Origin: Candidatus Latescibacterota bacterium
Lineage (GTDB): Bacteria; Latescibacterota; UBA2968; UBA8231
Direction: 5' to 3'
Assembly: GCA_965208105.1 (NCBI GenBank)
Contig: OZ242318.1
Span: 2,624,001 to 2,688,000, forward strand
Length of the DNA stretch: 64,000 bases
A program made the translations under genes and the position numbers. Below, one piece after another: positions 44,909 through 54,607 of the stretch. Numbering within the stretch: position 1 is the first letter of the stretch; every line of letters begins with the position of its first letter. Under the pieces are notes generated by a model. The model was given only the letters and a program-made list of their open reading frames with translations, did no database searches and had not been told where the DNA came from.

Positions 44909-45027
44909 GGTGGATCAATTACTGCAAAAGCCGGGATCTGCGGCGACAGGTTTTCAGAACGCCGACCCGGCGAAATGATTTTGAAACAATTTGATTTGGT
45001 GTGACAACCTGAATAATGGGGGAAGCG

Positions 45028-46797
45028 ATGATCCATTGGAAGCTGAATTTCCTGGGGAGCCTTGCGCTTCTGGCCCTGATGGGGCTTGTATCCGCAGCCC
45101 TTGCCCAGGACCTGGACGAGTTGCTGGAGGAAAGCGAAGAGGAGCAGCTGGAGTTGCGGCAGATACCTCGCGACGAAATCCCGGGACAATCCCTGGAAGA
45201 TCTCTCCCGCGTCCGCCTGCCCCGGGGAGAAGAGGTGGAGAAACTGCGCATCAGTCAGGACCGCGAGATCGATCCGGAAGCCTACATCGTCGGTCCCGGC
45301 GACTTGCTGCAGCTCTATATCTGGGGAGAGTGGGACCGCGCATATCCCCTGCAGGTGGATCCGGAAGGTTATATTCTCATTCCCACCATCAATGCCTTGC
45401 ACGTTTCCAACCTGAATCTGGCCGCAGCCAAACGGCAAATAGTTGCCGCCGCACAGGAGAAATATCCCAACGTACCCATTACGGTGACTCTTTCGAGTAT
45501 GCGCTTCTTCACGGTCTACCTTACAGGCGCCGTGGTGAACGAAGGCAGCGTCACCGTTCACCCGCTGACGCGCGTTTCCGACCTGATGGAAGAATCCGGA
45601 GGCTATCTCGACGAAGTCCAGGGCAGGACCATCGAAGAAACCGTGGAGGGCAAAAAGATCACCCGGGCCAGGCGCTTGAGCCTCCAACCCACGGCGAGAC
45701 GCACCATTGAGGTAATCCATCGGGACGGCACCTCTGATGACATCGACCTGTCCATGTTTCAGGCCACCGGTGATATCCGTTTCAACCCTTATTTGAAGAT
45801 GGGCGACGTCGTCCACGTGGGCTTCCGGCGCGATGAGATCTACGCATACGGCTCGGTCAACAAAACAGGCGTACAGGAGTTCCGACCCGGCGATACCGTT
45901 GGAACTCTGGTGAAGCTGGCCGGGGGTATAAGGGGCAATGCTCCACTGGAAATTGTCGAGGTCTGGCGCTTCCGCGAAGACGGTAAAACCACCTACATAA
46001 TTGACCTGAGTGACACAACCAGGACGGATGGCAGAATCGACCTCGAGGATGTGGAGCAGTTCCCCCTGGAGGCCCAGGACATGCTGTTCGTTCGCACCCG
46101 TGCCGATTGGCAACTGACGCCCACGGCAGTTATCTACGGCGAGGTTAAATACCGCGGACACTATCGCGTTATCCCCGGCCATACGCGTCTGCGCGACGTC
46201 ATTGAAAAGGCGGGAGGGTTTACTGAAAACGCTTCGCTGACTCAGGCCAAAGTGCTGCGCTCCCGCACCCGCGTTCAGGAAGATCCGGAACTGGAGCGCC
46301 TGCGTGCTCTGCAAAGAGTTACCGGTCTGGCCGATATGAGCCCGGAAGACAGGGCATATATCAAAACCAAAGGGCGAGAGGAACGCGGACGCCTCGCTGT
46401 GGATTTCGAACGCCTGTTCCTTGTGAACGATGAAAGCCAGAACCTTTTGCTCGAGAACGGCGACGTCATCTTCGTGCCGGAGCTCCGCCGGACAGTCACC
46501 TTGAGCGGCCAGTTCAAAAAGCCGGGGCTGATCGACTACGTGAAAGGCAATGAGGTTGCCTATTACGTCGAGAGAGCCGGTGGATTCGCCTGGGGTGCCA
46601 ATGAAGGCGGCGCCCGCCTGATCCGGGCGCGCACCGGGGTGCGCGAGAAGCTGGAGGGGGACCTCCCCGTCGAGGCAGGAGACGAAATCTGGGTTCCTGA
46701 AAAAGAGTACCGGGACTGGTGGGATTTCACCCAGTCTACCATGCGCACAATTGCAGAAACTCTGACCCTCGTGGTCGTCGTACGTTCTTTCCTGTGA
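45028..46797 (+). CDS. Polysaccharide export protein (Wza/KpsD-like, multiple SLBB domains)
   Basis: Signal peptide; Y.VGPGD; repeated G.V..PG / AGG motifs. Confidence 0.85.
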   Translation: MIHWKLNFLGSLALLALMGLVSAALAQDLDELLEESEEEQLELRQIPRDEIPGQSLEDLSRVRLPRGEEVEKLRISQDREIDPEAYIVGPGDLLQLYIWGEWDRAYPLQVDPEGYILIPTINALHVSNLNLAAAKRQIVAAAQEKYPNVPITVTLSSMRFFTVYLTGAVVNEGSVTVHPLTRVSDLMEESGGYLDEVQGRTIEETVEGKKITRARRLSLQPTARRTIEVIHRDGTSDDIDLSMFQATGDIRFNPYLKMGDVVHVGFRRDEIYAYGSVNKTGVQEFRPGDTVGTLVKLAGGIRGNAPLEIVEVWRFREDGKTTYIIDLSDTTRTDGRIDLEDVEQFPLEAQDMLFVRTRADWQLTPTAVIYGEVKYRGHYRVIPGHTRLRDVIEKAGGFTENASLTQAKVLRSRTRVQEDPELERLRALQRVTGLADMSPEDRAYIKTKGREERGRLAVDFERLFLVNDESQNLLLENGDVIFVPELRRTVTLSGQFKKPGLIDYVKGNEVAYYVERAGGFAWGANEGGARLIRARTGVREKLEGDLPVEAGDEIWVPEKEYRDWWDFTQSTMRTIAETLTLVVVVRSFL

Positions 46798-46818
46798 AGA
46801 TTCAAGGAGCCCCGAAAA

Positions 46819-48009
46819 ATGAATAAAAATACTATCGACATTCTCGATCTGCTGGCCGCCCTGAACGCAGACAAACGCCTGATCCTCGGCGGTACGTTGC
46901 TCATCTGCCTTCTCGCCACCGGCATCAGCTTTCTGCTCCCAAAGGAGTACGAAGGCGAGGTTCAGCTTTTGCCTCCGAAAGAACAGAAAAAGGGCTTTGG
47001 TTTTGCCGACCTGCTCTCGGCCCTGCCGATTCCCTCCTTGCGATTGGGAGAGAAAGGTACGCCGGCCGATATCTATGTGGCCATCTTGACAAGCCCGACC
47101 GTGCGGCGGCGCATGGCAGAGGACTTCGACCTCATGCAGCTCTACGATGTCGACTACATGACTGACGCCATCGAAATCCTGGAAAGCAAAACCGAAGTCA
47201 ACAAAAGCGAAGAAGGCACCATTATTGTCACAGTACTGGATCGAGACCCCCAGCGCAGCATGGACATCGCGAATCACTACGTAGAACTACTGGACGCAAC
47301 AAACCAGCACTTGACCCGCCGAGAAGCCCAGGAGCGCTATGAGTTCATTCAGAAACTCAAACAGACGGAAGAAGCCAAGCTCGAGAACGCCATGCGGCGC
47401 CTGCAGGAATTCCAGGCAGAGCACAATGCCATCTCCATCGAGGACCAGGCCAAGGCCGTGATCCGGGCGGGAGCGGACTATCAGATGACCGCTACCCAAT
47501 TGCTGATCACGCGCAACAGCCTCCTGCTCTCGGGCTTCTCTCCGAGCCACCCCGAGGTACAGAAAATCGAGCGGGAGTTCCTTCTCTGGCAGGAAGCGCT
47601 GGCCTTTCTGCGCGACGGAGGTGAACTCGGGGGAAAGAGTCAACTGGGAGAAAAGATAGCCGACAAACTGAAGCTGGAAGAAAACCTCTTTCTGCCTTTG
47701 CGCAAGATTCCCGAGATGGCCCAGGAGTACGCGGTGGTCGAGAAGGACGTGCTGGTGCAGGCCGCCCTGATCAAGCTATTGCTCGAGCAGGAAGCCGAAG
47801 CCCTGATCGAAGCCAACAACACCACTACCACCGTCCAGGTTCTGGACAAAGCCACCCTGCCTGAGAAAAAGGCTCGGCCCCGGCGATTTCTGATCGTCTT
47901 CGTCGCCGGCGTTCTCAGCCTCTTCGGGACAGTCTCCTTTGTAATTGGAGGGCAGTACATGCGCGGGCTGAAGACGCGCTGGGAGAACGAATATAGAAGG
48001 GAAGCGTAA
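46819..48009 (+). CDS. Polysaccharide co-polymerase (Wzz/GumC-like, no kinase domain)
   Basis: Two TM segments flanking a coiled coil; HPEV; QVLDKA.LP....PRR. Confidence 0.82.
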   Translation: MNKNTIDILDLLAALNADKRLILGGTLLICLLATGISFLLPKEYEGEVQLLPPKEQKKGFGFADLLSALPIPSLRLGEKGTPADIYVAILTSPTVRRRMAEDFDLMQLYDVDYMTDAIEILESKTEVNKSEEGTIIVTVLDRDPQRSMDIANHYVELLDATNQHLTRREAQERYEFIQKLKQTEEAKLENAMRRLQEFQAEHNAISIEDQAKAVIRAGADYQMTATQLLITRNSLLLSGFSPSHPEVQKIEREFLLWQEALAFLRDGGELGGKSQLGEKIADKLKLEENLFLPLRKIPEMAQEYAVVEKDVLVQAALIKLLLEQEAEALIEANNTTTTVQVLDKATLPEKKARPRRFLIVFVAGVLSLFGTVSFVIGGQYMRGLKTRWENEYRREA

Positions 48010-48016
48010 CAGCCTT

Positions 48017-49528
48017 TTACCGGAGGATGGTTGGAGTCAATCCGGGGATGTGCTCGTCGAGAGGAAAGTAAGGACGTTCAAGTCTTCTGTACGATAAATG
48101 CTTGACCGTAGGGGGCGTGGGACCAGGCGTATCGAGAATGAAGATCGCCTTGGCCATGCCACCGTAGGCACGCCGGTAGTTCATCGGGTTCTTGGCGACG
48201 ACGAACTTGGCGGTGGCCGGGTCGAGCTGCACGGACCTGAACTGCTCATCCATCCAATCGTAGGTAGCGTAAGTGGTGACAAGTATTCGAACCGCTCCTG
48301 CTGTCAACACTGCAGTCGGCCCCATTTGCCCATCCACCCCCTCCCACATTCCGCCTGTGTAACGAAAACGCCCATCGCTGAGCCGAGTCACCCGGCCCCT
48401 CACCTTGACGGGGCGGCCCCACTGCGGGTCGCAGCGATGACCAAGATCGAGAGTCACCTCGCGACCTTCACCTGCCCGCTGACACGCTGCCGCCGCCTGC
48501 GGATCAACCACCGGCACCAGGGCAGTTTCTGCAACCTCCGCAGCCAGCAGGGCCCTTAGAGTCGCCACGCTGTCCCCGGCGGCGCCACCGCCGATGCAAT
48601 CCGCCGCCTCGACCAGAACCACCGGCCCGCCCTCAACCGCCTGACCCCTGGCGATGGCCTCGTCCGGGGTGCAGGTCTCCGGTTCGAGCTCAAAGCGCCC
48701 GGCCCAATACTGCTCGGCGATCCGCTGCGCCAAAGAAACGGCCCCGTCCATGTCGTCATCGGTAACCACCAGTCCACCGCTGCCCAGATCCGGCTGATCC
48801 AGGGGGAAGTGAGCCAGGAGAACACTGGTGGATACAACGCTTCCGCGACCTTCCTGTTCCTTGGCAAAGCGCATGATCCTGGCAAAGGGCCCATCGCCTT
48901 CTGTCGACGCACATATGGCGCTGGTTATGACCGGAACCTTGGCCATGGCCATGGTCGGACGGCAGCGCCCCTCCAGGGTATCGAGGAGCAACCTGGCGCC
49001 GCGGCCTCCGGTGGCAAAGGCATCGCGGTGGGGATAGGTCTCCCAGGCAAGCAATGCATCGGCGGCGGCGACCATGGCGGCGGTGACGTGAGCGTGCAAA
49101 TCCAAGGTGGCGACGATAGGCACGGCAGGACCGACCACCTCCCGCACGGCGCCGATCAAATCGCCTTCCACATCATCCACGTCCTCGGCGGCAGCCCCTC
49201 CGTGCAAAGGCAGCAGAACCCCATGGACGGGCATGGCAACACCCAGGGAATCCAGAAGTTCGGCCTTGAGCTGCGCATAGCAATCCGAAGACAGGAGCCC
49301 ACCTGGACAAGTGCTCGCATGGACCAGCGGAACCACATCTGCCCCGCGTCCGCGCAGAACCTCGAGCATTCCTCCGAGCACCCCGGCATCGCCCTGCAAC
49401 AAGTCCTCTCCCCGAAGCAACTCATAGCGCTCGAACCAGCTCATATCAATGAGCATCCCGCCGAACTGGTTGCATTCGGTATATACCGAGCCAATTGCAA
49501 CGCGGTATGCGGTCTTCGGATTGTTCAT
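48017..49528 (-). CDS. M81 family metallopeptidase (MlrC-like)
   Basis: E.N.F, LHG, EGD, LDLHA, TYPH.D. Confidence 0.88.
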   Translation of the reverse strand: MNNPKTAYRVAIGSVYTECNQFGGMLIDMSWFERYELLRGEDLLQGDAGVLGGMLEVLRGRGADVVPLVHASTCPGGLLSSDCYAQLKAELLDSLGVAMPVHGVLLPLHGGAAAEDVDDVEGDLIGAVREVVGPAVPIVATLDLHAHVTAAMVAAADALLAWETYPHRDAFATGGRGARLLLDTLEGRCRPTMAMAKVPVITSAICASTEGDGPFARIMRFAKEQEGRGSVVSTSVLLAHFPLDQPDLGSGGLVVTDDDMDGAVSLAQRIAEQYWAGRFELEPETCTPDEAIARGQAVEGGPVVLVEAADCIGGGAAGDSVATLRALLAAEVAETALVPVVDPQAAAACQRAGEGREVTLDLGHRCDPQWGRPVKVRGRVTRLSDGRFRYTGGMWEGVDGQMGPTAVLTAGAVRILVTTYATYDWMDEQFRSVQLDPATAKFVVAKNPMNYRRAYGGMAKAIFILDTPGPTPPTVKHLSYRRLERPYFPLDEHIPGLTPTILR

Positions 49529-49654
49529 GTTAAAAGGGTAAGCGATCCTCCCTGCTCTGAACATGGTCCGTCGTTGACACTGGTTTTCCTCCAGATGATA
49601 TTCCCCGAGATTGTTCTTCCACGAGAAAGAAAATCCCAGGAACAGGAGGAAGCC

Positions 49655-50101
49655 TTGCAACACTCCATCGTTGTCCCGGTCATCAGCAGCACGGAGAACC
49701 CTCTCCCCGCCTACGAAACTCCCGATAGTGCCGGCATGGACCTGCGCGCTCACCTGGGCGAACCTCTGGTCCTGGCGCCGGGGGAACGCACTCTCGTACC
49801 TACCGGTCTACGCCTGGAGATTCCCCGCGGTCACGAGGCCCAGGTGCGCCCGCGCAGTGGTCTGGCCCTCAAACGAGGTCTTGCCGTGCTCAATGCGCCG
49901 GGTACTATCGATGCGGACTATCGTGGCGACATCGGCGTCATCCTCATCAATTTATCCCGAGAAGAGCAACTCATCGCACCCGGAGACCGCATTGCCCAGC
50001 TGATCTTTGCGCCAGTGACCCGGGCCGAGCTGAGCATCGTGGACCATCTGGCCGACTCATCCCGCGGCGCCGACGGTTTTGGTTCGACGGGAGAACGTTA
50101 A
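49655..50101 (+). CDS. dut: dUTP diphosphatase
   Basis: [38 protein letters not shown] start after aggagg. Confidence 0.93.
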   Translation: MQHSIVVPVISSTENPLPAYETPDSAGMDLRAHLGEPLVLAPGERTLVPTGLRLEIPRGHEAQVRPRSGLALKRGLAVLNAPGTIDADYRGDIGVILINLSREEQLIAPGDRIAQLIFAPVTRAELSIVDHLADSSRGADGFGSTGER

Positions 50102-50127
50102 GACCTGGCAAGCAGCAGAACCGGGAC

Positions 50128-50161
50128 AAAACCAAAGCCCGCTCGTTTGCAGCGAGCGGGC
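50128..50161 (-). terminator. Hairpin terminator between convergent dut and the Mo-hydroxylase operon
   Basis: Stem gcccgctcg/cgagcgggc followed by tttggtttt on the minus strand. Confidence 0.55.
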
Positions 50162-50325
50162 CCCAAATCAGGATTTTTCAGGGAATCTACAGGTCCTGCA
50201 GGAGATCCGGCAGCCTTCGCAAAACCTGCATTGAACTCCGGGCGCGAAGAGAAGATCTACACGGCTCCGGTGACGATGGAATCCCCAGTGGCGGCGACCC
50301 GGGTCAACTCAGGTCCGACGGCGGT

Positions 50326-50592
50326 TCAGGCTCCTCCACTGATCGCCGGCAGGAAATGCACCTCGCTGCCCGATGACACCTTGCGCCGCATCCCCTCGTT
50401 GGAAATCTCGCCGTCCACCGCCACCGCCAGGGCCGGCCGAATCCGACCGTTTTCGCAAAGGCGGTCCCTGAAGCCGGGATAGGCCGCCTCGAGGGCATCG
50501 ATCACCTCGCGAACGGTGCTCCCCTCCACCTGAACCTGAGCCTGGCCATGGCTCAGCTTCTGCATCAAGGACGGGATCCACACGGTCGGCAT
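50326..50592 (-). CDS. MoaD/ThiS family sulfur carrier
   Basis: Ubiquitin-like pattern ending in PAISGG(A). Confidence 0.85.
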   Translation of the reverse strand: MPTVWIPSLMQKLSHGQAQVQVEGSTVREVIDALEAAYPGFRDRLCENGRIRPALAVAVDGEISNEGMRRKVSSGSEVHFLPAISGGA

Positions 50593-50596
50593 GACG

Positions 50597-52894
50597 TTAC
50601 CCCGCAGCGATGGGTTCCGCCGCCTTCTTCCTTTCAAGAGCCGCAACAATGCGGTCGGGGCGCATGGGCAACTCGCTCAGGTGTACTCCCACCGCGTTGT
50701 AAATAGCGTTGCAGACAGCCGCCGGGGGAGGCGCGATATTGGCTTCGCCCACACCGCGCACCCCATACGGATGGCCCGGATGAGGGACCTCGACAATTAT
50801 CGTCTCGATCATGGGCAGATCCAGGGCGGTGGGAATGCGATAGTCGAGAAAGGTCGAATTGACCATCTGCCCCTCTTCGTTGTAGAAGTATTCCTCGTTC
50901 AATGCCCAGCCTATTCCCTGCACCGAACCACCTTGCATCTGGCCCTCCACGTAGCTGGGATGGATGGCCTTGCCGGCGTCCTGAATGGCTGTGAAACGCA
51001 GAATATCGACCTTTCCGGTTTCAGGGTCGACCTTCACATCGACGATATTTGCCGAAAATGAGCCGCCGACATCCATTCCCGGGTCCACGCTTGCACGGCC
51101 GACAATGGGGCCGCCGGTCTCGTCCAGCTCGGGCACCAGCTCTTTGAAGCTGAGCTTCTTTGCCGGGTCGCTGACGTGCTGAAAGAAACCATCCTTGAAC
51201 TCCACCTGGTCGGCAGGCGCCTCCCAGAGCATGGCTGCCCGCTCGATCATCTGGTTCTTCACATCGTGTGCCGCCTCGTAGGCTGCCCAGCCAGTGGCGT
51301 AGGTCACCCGGCTGCCTCCGGTCACGTCGGTATAGCCTATGGCGCTGGTGTCCCCTACCTGGGGATTAATGTCTTCGGCCGCCAACCCCAGGACCTCGGC
51401 GAACTGCATGGCCACCGAGGTGCGGGTGCCGCCGATGTCGGTGGAGCCTTCCACCAGGTTCACCGTTCCGTCCTTGTTGACACTGGCGGTAACCGCCGAC
51501 TTCAGCCCCACGTTGAACCAGTAACCCAGGGCGATCCCGCGGCCAATGCCGGGGCCTTCCAACGGAGCCTTGAAGTGTTCGCTGTTCTTTATCTCCTCGA
51601 GGACTTCCCTGCAGCCGATGCGCGGATAGACCACGCCGTCCACTCGCCGGGTGCCCTCCTTGGCCCCGTTCTTGAGGCGGAACTCGAGGGGGTCCATCGA
51701 AAGCTGTTCGGCAAGTTCCTCCACCACCGTTTCGGTGGCAAAGGCCACCTGAGTCGAAACCGGAGCACGATAGGCAAAGCTTCGCGGCTTGTTCACCACC
51801 ACGTCGTACCCATCGACCACGGCGGCGGGAATATCGTAACACGACAAAACGCACATGGCACCTGCGAACATGGGGGAGCCCGGATAAGCGCCCGCCTCGC
51901 AGGCCAGATAGGCCTCGGCCGCCACCAGCCTGCCGCTCCTGTCGGCGCCCATCTTGACCCGCACGTAGGATCCAGGCGTGGGGCCGGTGCCTTCGAAAAC
52001 GTCCGCCCGGCTCATGATTATCTTGACCGGACGACCCGATTTACGCGAAAGCAGAGCCGCCGGCGGTTCCAGGTAGACGGGAATCTTGCCGCCAAATCCC
52101 CCACCAATCTCCTGGGGAACCACCTTGATCCTGGACACCGGATGGCCGAGGATTGCCCCGGTTTGCTTCTGGGCGACAAAGGAACCCTGGGTGCTGGTCC
52201 AGATGGTCAACTGTCCGTCCGGGTTCCACATGGCCGTGGCGTTGTGCGGTTCGATATAGCCCTGGTGTACGGTAGCCGTATCCACCTCGCGCTCGACAAT
52301 GACGTCGGCCGCGGCGAATGCCGCTTCCGGATCTCCCAATTTGTGGCGGACGTGGATGGCGATATTGCTTTTCCTGCCCGTGTCTTCGCCGTCTTCCTGG
52401 GTGGTAATATCCTCGTGGAGCAGAGGGGCGTCGTCCTTCATGGCATCGTGGACGCCAACCGCCGGCGGCAACACTTCGTAGTCCACTTCGATCAGGGAAA
52501 GGGCTTCTTCGGCAATGTGTGGGCTGGTAGCGGCCACCGCGGCGATGGCATGGCCCCTGTACAGCGCCTTGTCGGAAGCCAGGACATTGTCGCGCAAATA
52601 TTTCAGGCGCGCGGGACCTTCCCCGAGGTCGATAATTTCGTCCCCTTGAATTGGCGGAAAGTCAGAATTGGTGACAGTGGCGCGGACGCCATCCAATGCC
52701 TCGGCCTTGCTGCAGTCGATCGATTTGATCCGGGCGTGGGCGTGAGGGCTCCGCAGCACGGCGCCGTAGAGCATGTCCGACATGCGGACATCGCCGCCGT
52801 AGACCGCCCGCCCGGTAACCTTTTCCGTACCGTCGTGGCGAATTGGGCGGGTGCCGATGACTTTATAGGACCCGTTCTGTCCATTGGTCGACAT
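50597..52894 (-). CDS. Xanthine dehydrogenase family molybdopterin-binding large subunit
   Basis: RSPHAHA, IGGGFGGK, AYRAP loop, GQMQGG, RGVGE. Confidence 0.92.
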   Translation of the reverse strand: MSTNGQNGSYKVIGTRPIRHDGTEKVTGRAVYGGDVRMSDMLYGAVLRSPHAHARIKSIDCSKAEALDGVRATVTNSDFPPIQGDEIIDLGEGPARLKYLRDNVLASDKALYRGHAIAAVAATSPHIAEEALSLIEVDYEVLPPAVGVHDAMKDDAPLLHEDITTQEDGEDTGRKSNIAIHVRHKLGDPEAAFAAADVIVEREVDTATVHQGYIEPHNATAMWNPDGQLTIWTSTQGSFVAQKQTGAILGHPVSRIKVVPQEIGGGFGGKIPVYLEPPAALLSRKSGRPVKIIMSRADVFEGTGPTPGSYVRVKMGADRSGRLVAAEAYLACEAGAYPGSPMFAGAMCVLSCYDIPAAVVDGYDVVVNKPRSFAYRAPVSTQVAFATETVVEELAEQLSMDPLEFRLKNGAKEGTRRVDGVVYPRIGCREVLEEIKNSEHFKAPLEGPGIGRGIALGYWFNVGLKSAVTASVNKDGTVNLVEGSTDIGGTRTSVAMQFAEVLGLAAEDINPQVGDTSAIGYTDVTGGSRVTYATGWAAYEAAHDVKNQMIERAAMLWEAPADQVEFKDGFFQHVSDPAKKLSFKELVPELDETGGPIVGRASVDPGMDVGGSFSANIVDVKVDPETGKVDILRFTAIQDAGKAIHPSYVEGQMQGGSVQGIGWALNEEYFYNEEGQMVNSTFLDYRIPTALDLPMIETIIVEVPHPGHPYGVRGVGEANIAPPPAAVCNAIYNAVGVHLSELPMRPDRIVAALERKKAAEPIAAG

Positions 52895-52924
52895 GGGATT
52901 CCTCCTTTGGCAGGATGGGAGGTA

Positions 52925-53404
52925 TCAGGCGCCGGCGCTCGCAACCTCGGCGGCGTCGAGCACCGCGCGGACAATCTTGTCGTAACCGGTGCAGCGGCAC
53001 AGGTTGCCGGCCAACCAGTGCCGAACGTCGTGTTCAGTGGGATTGGGGTTGTGGTCGAGCAAAGCCTTTGCCGCCACCAGGAACCCGGGTGTGCATATCC
53101 CGCACTGCAGGCTGGCATGCTCCAGGAACTTCTGCTGCAGGGGATGCAGCCCCGTGGAGGTGGCCAGCCCTTCGACCGTGGTTATTTCCTTGCCCTCGGC
53201 CTCGACCCCCAGCATCAGGCAGGTGTCCACCAGTACTCCGTCCACAATGGCGGTACAGGCACCGCAGTTCCCGTCGTTGCAGCCTTCCTTGGTGCCGGTA
53301 AACCCCAACTCTTCCCGCAAAACCTCGAGCAGACTCTGGCGCGCTTCGCACAGGAGCTCGACTTCCTCTCCATTGATCTTGGTCCTCACGTGAACTTTGC
53401 TCAT
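52925..53404 (-). CDS. (2Fe-2S) small subunit (CoxS-like)
   Basis: GC..G.CGACT, QCGICTPG, NLCRCTGY. Confidence 0.93.
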   Translation of the reverse strand: MSKVHVRTKINGEEVELLCEARQSLLEVLREELGFTGTKEGCNDGNCGACTAIVDGVLVDTCLMLGVEAEGKEITTVEGLATSTGLHPLQQKFLEHASLQCGICTPGFLVAAKALLDHNPNPTEHDVRHWLAGNLCRCTGYDKIVRAVLDAAEVASAGA

Positions 53405-53605
53405 CGATCCACTCCGTTTCAGATTCCAGGTCCTTCCGAAGGTTCCATCAGCCGGCGCAAGCCTTGATACAGCCTGGAAGCCCGGCAGGACAGCCGTTGA
53501 TTATTTCGTCAATCCATTCAACAATCGAGATCTGCCGTTCGGTAAAAATCCGGCCGCGTCCCATTCGGGATTCTCGGCACCATCCCATTCCCGAACCCGG
53601 GCGAA

Positions 53606-54514
53606 TCACCCGGCGGCTTCCTGCACCGCATTGGCCACGAACCCGCCGCGGGCTCGCTGTACGGCGCCGTGCAGGGCACGCTTGGTCAGCACCCCGACCA
53701 GGTGGATGCGAAAATCCGCCGGACCCCGCATGTCGGAAATCGGACGCGCAACGGCCTTGGCAGCCTCGGCGGCTTCTTCTATCGTCTCGTCGCTCACATG
53801 ACGGCCGCTGAGAAGGTCTCCGGCTTCGCGTGCAAACAGGGGCGTCGGCGCCACCGCGGCCAGGGCGATGCGGACCGCCTTGAACTCCTTGCGGCGGTTG
53901 GCGAGCTCGACGTAAGCCCCGGCCCCGACCACGGCGATATCCATCTCGTTGCGCGGAATGAAACGCAGGTAGTGGCAACCCGAGCTCTTGCGGACAGGAG
54001 GAACCTGGATGGCGACCAGCAGCTCTCCCGGCTGCAGCACGTTCTGTCCCGGAGCCGTGCAGAATTCCTCGACCGCAACCCGGCGGCGGCCGGAGGGACC
54101 GGCAATTTCGCAGGTGGCGCCGTAGGCGATCAGGGCGGGAATGCTGTCTGCGCTCGGTGAAGAGTTGCACAGGTTGCCGCCCAGGGACGCGCGGCCCTGG
54201 ATCTGAATACCGCCGATGATGGCGGCGCAGTCGGTGATTCCGGGATAGCGGTCCACCACGTCGGGGTCGTTGTAGAGCCGCCAGCAGGGCACCGCCGCTC
54301 CGATGCGCAATCCTTTCCTGGGACCGTAGGAAAGTTCATTGACCTCGGGGACGTTCTTGACGTCGACGACGCGTTCGGGCTGGAAGCGCTTCACCCTGAG
54401 CTGCACGATGAGATCCGTGCCCCCGGCGAGCACCCGGGCGCCGCCTCCCTTTTCGGCCAGAAGGTTGATGGCCTCGCGCAGGGTTCGCGGAGCTGAATAT
54501 TCGAAATCTTTCAA
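53606..54514 (-). CDS. FAD-binding medium subunit (CoxM-like)
   Basis: LAGGTDL, A.LGGNLCN.SPSAD, PISDMRG. Probable TTG start. Confidence 0.9.
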   Translation of the reverse strand: MKDFEYSAPRTLREAINLLAEKGGGARVLAGGTDLIVQLRVKRFQPERVVDVKNVPEVNELSYGPRKGLRIGAAVPCWRLYNDPDVVDRYPGITDCAAIIGGIQIQGRASLGGNLCNSSPSADSIPALIAYGATCEIAGPSGRRRVAVEEFCTAPGQNVLQPGELLVAIQVPPVRKSSGCHYLRFIPRNEMDIAVVGAGAYVELANRRKEFKAVRIALAAVAPTPLFAREAGDLLSGRHVSDETIEEAAEAAKAVARPISDMRGPADFRIHLVGVLTKRALHGAVQRARGGFVANAVQEAAG

Positions 54515-54607
54515 GGATCTTCCCCCTCTCCATGAGACCTGAATGAGAGAATCAAACACCGAAAATCGGATGGCGAAAGTTAAGATAGATCAATCGCGCA
54601 ACCCATG

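Noticed and set aside
50597-52894. Aerobic CO dehydrogenase
   Set aside because: It lacks the Cu-binding AYxCSFR motif and the cox accessory genes.
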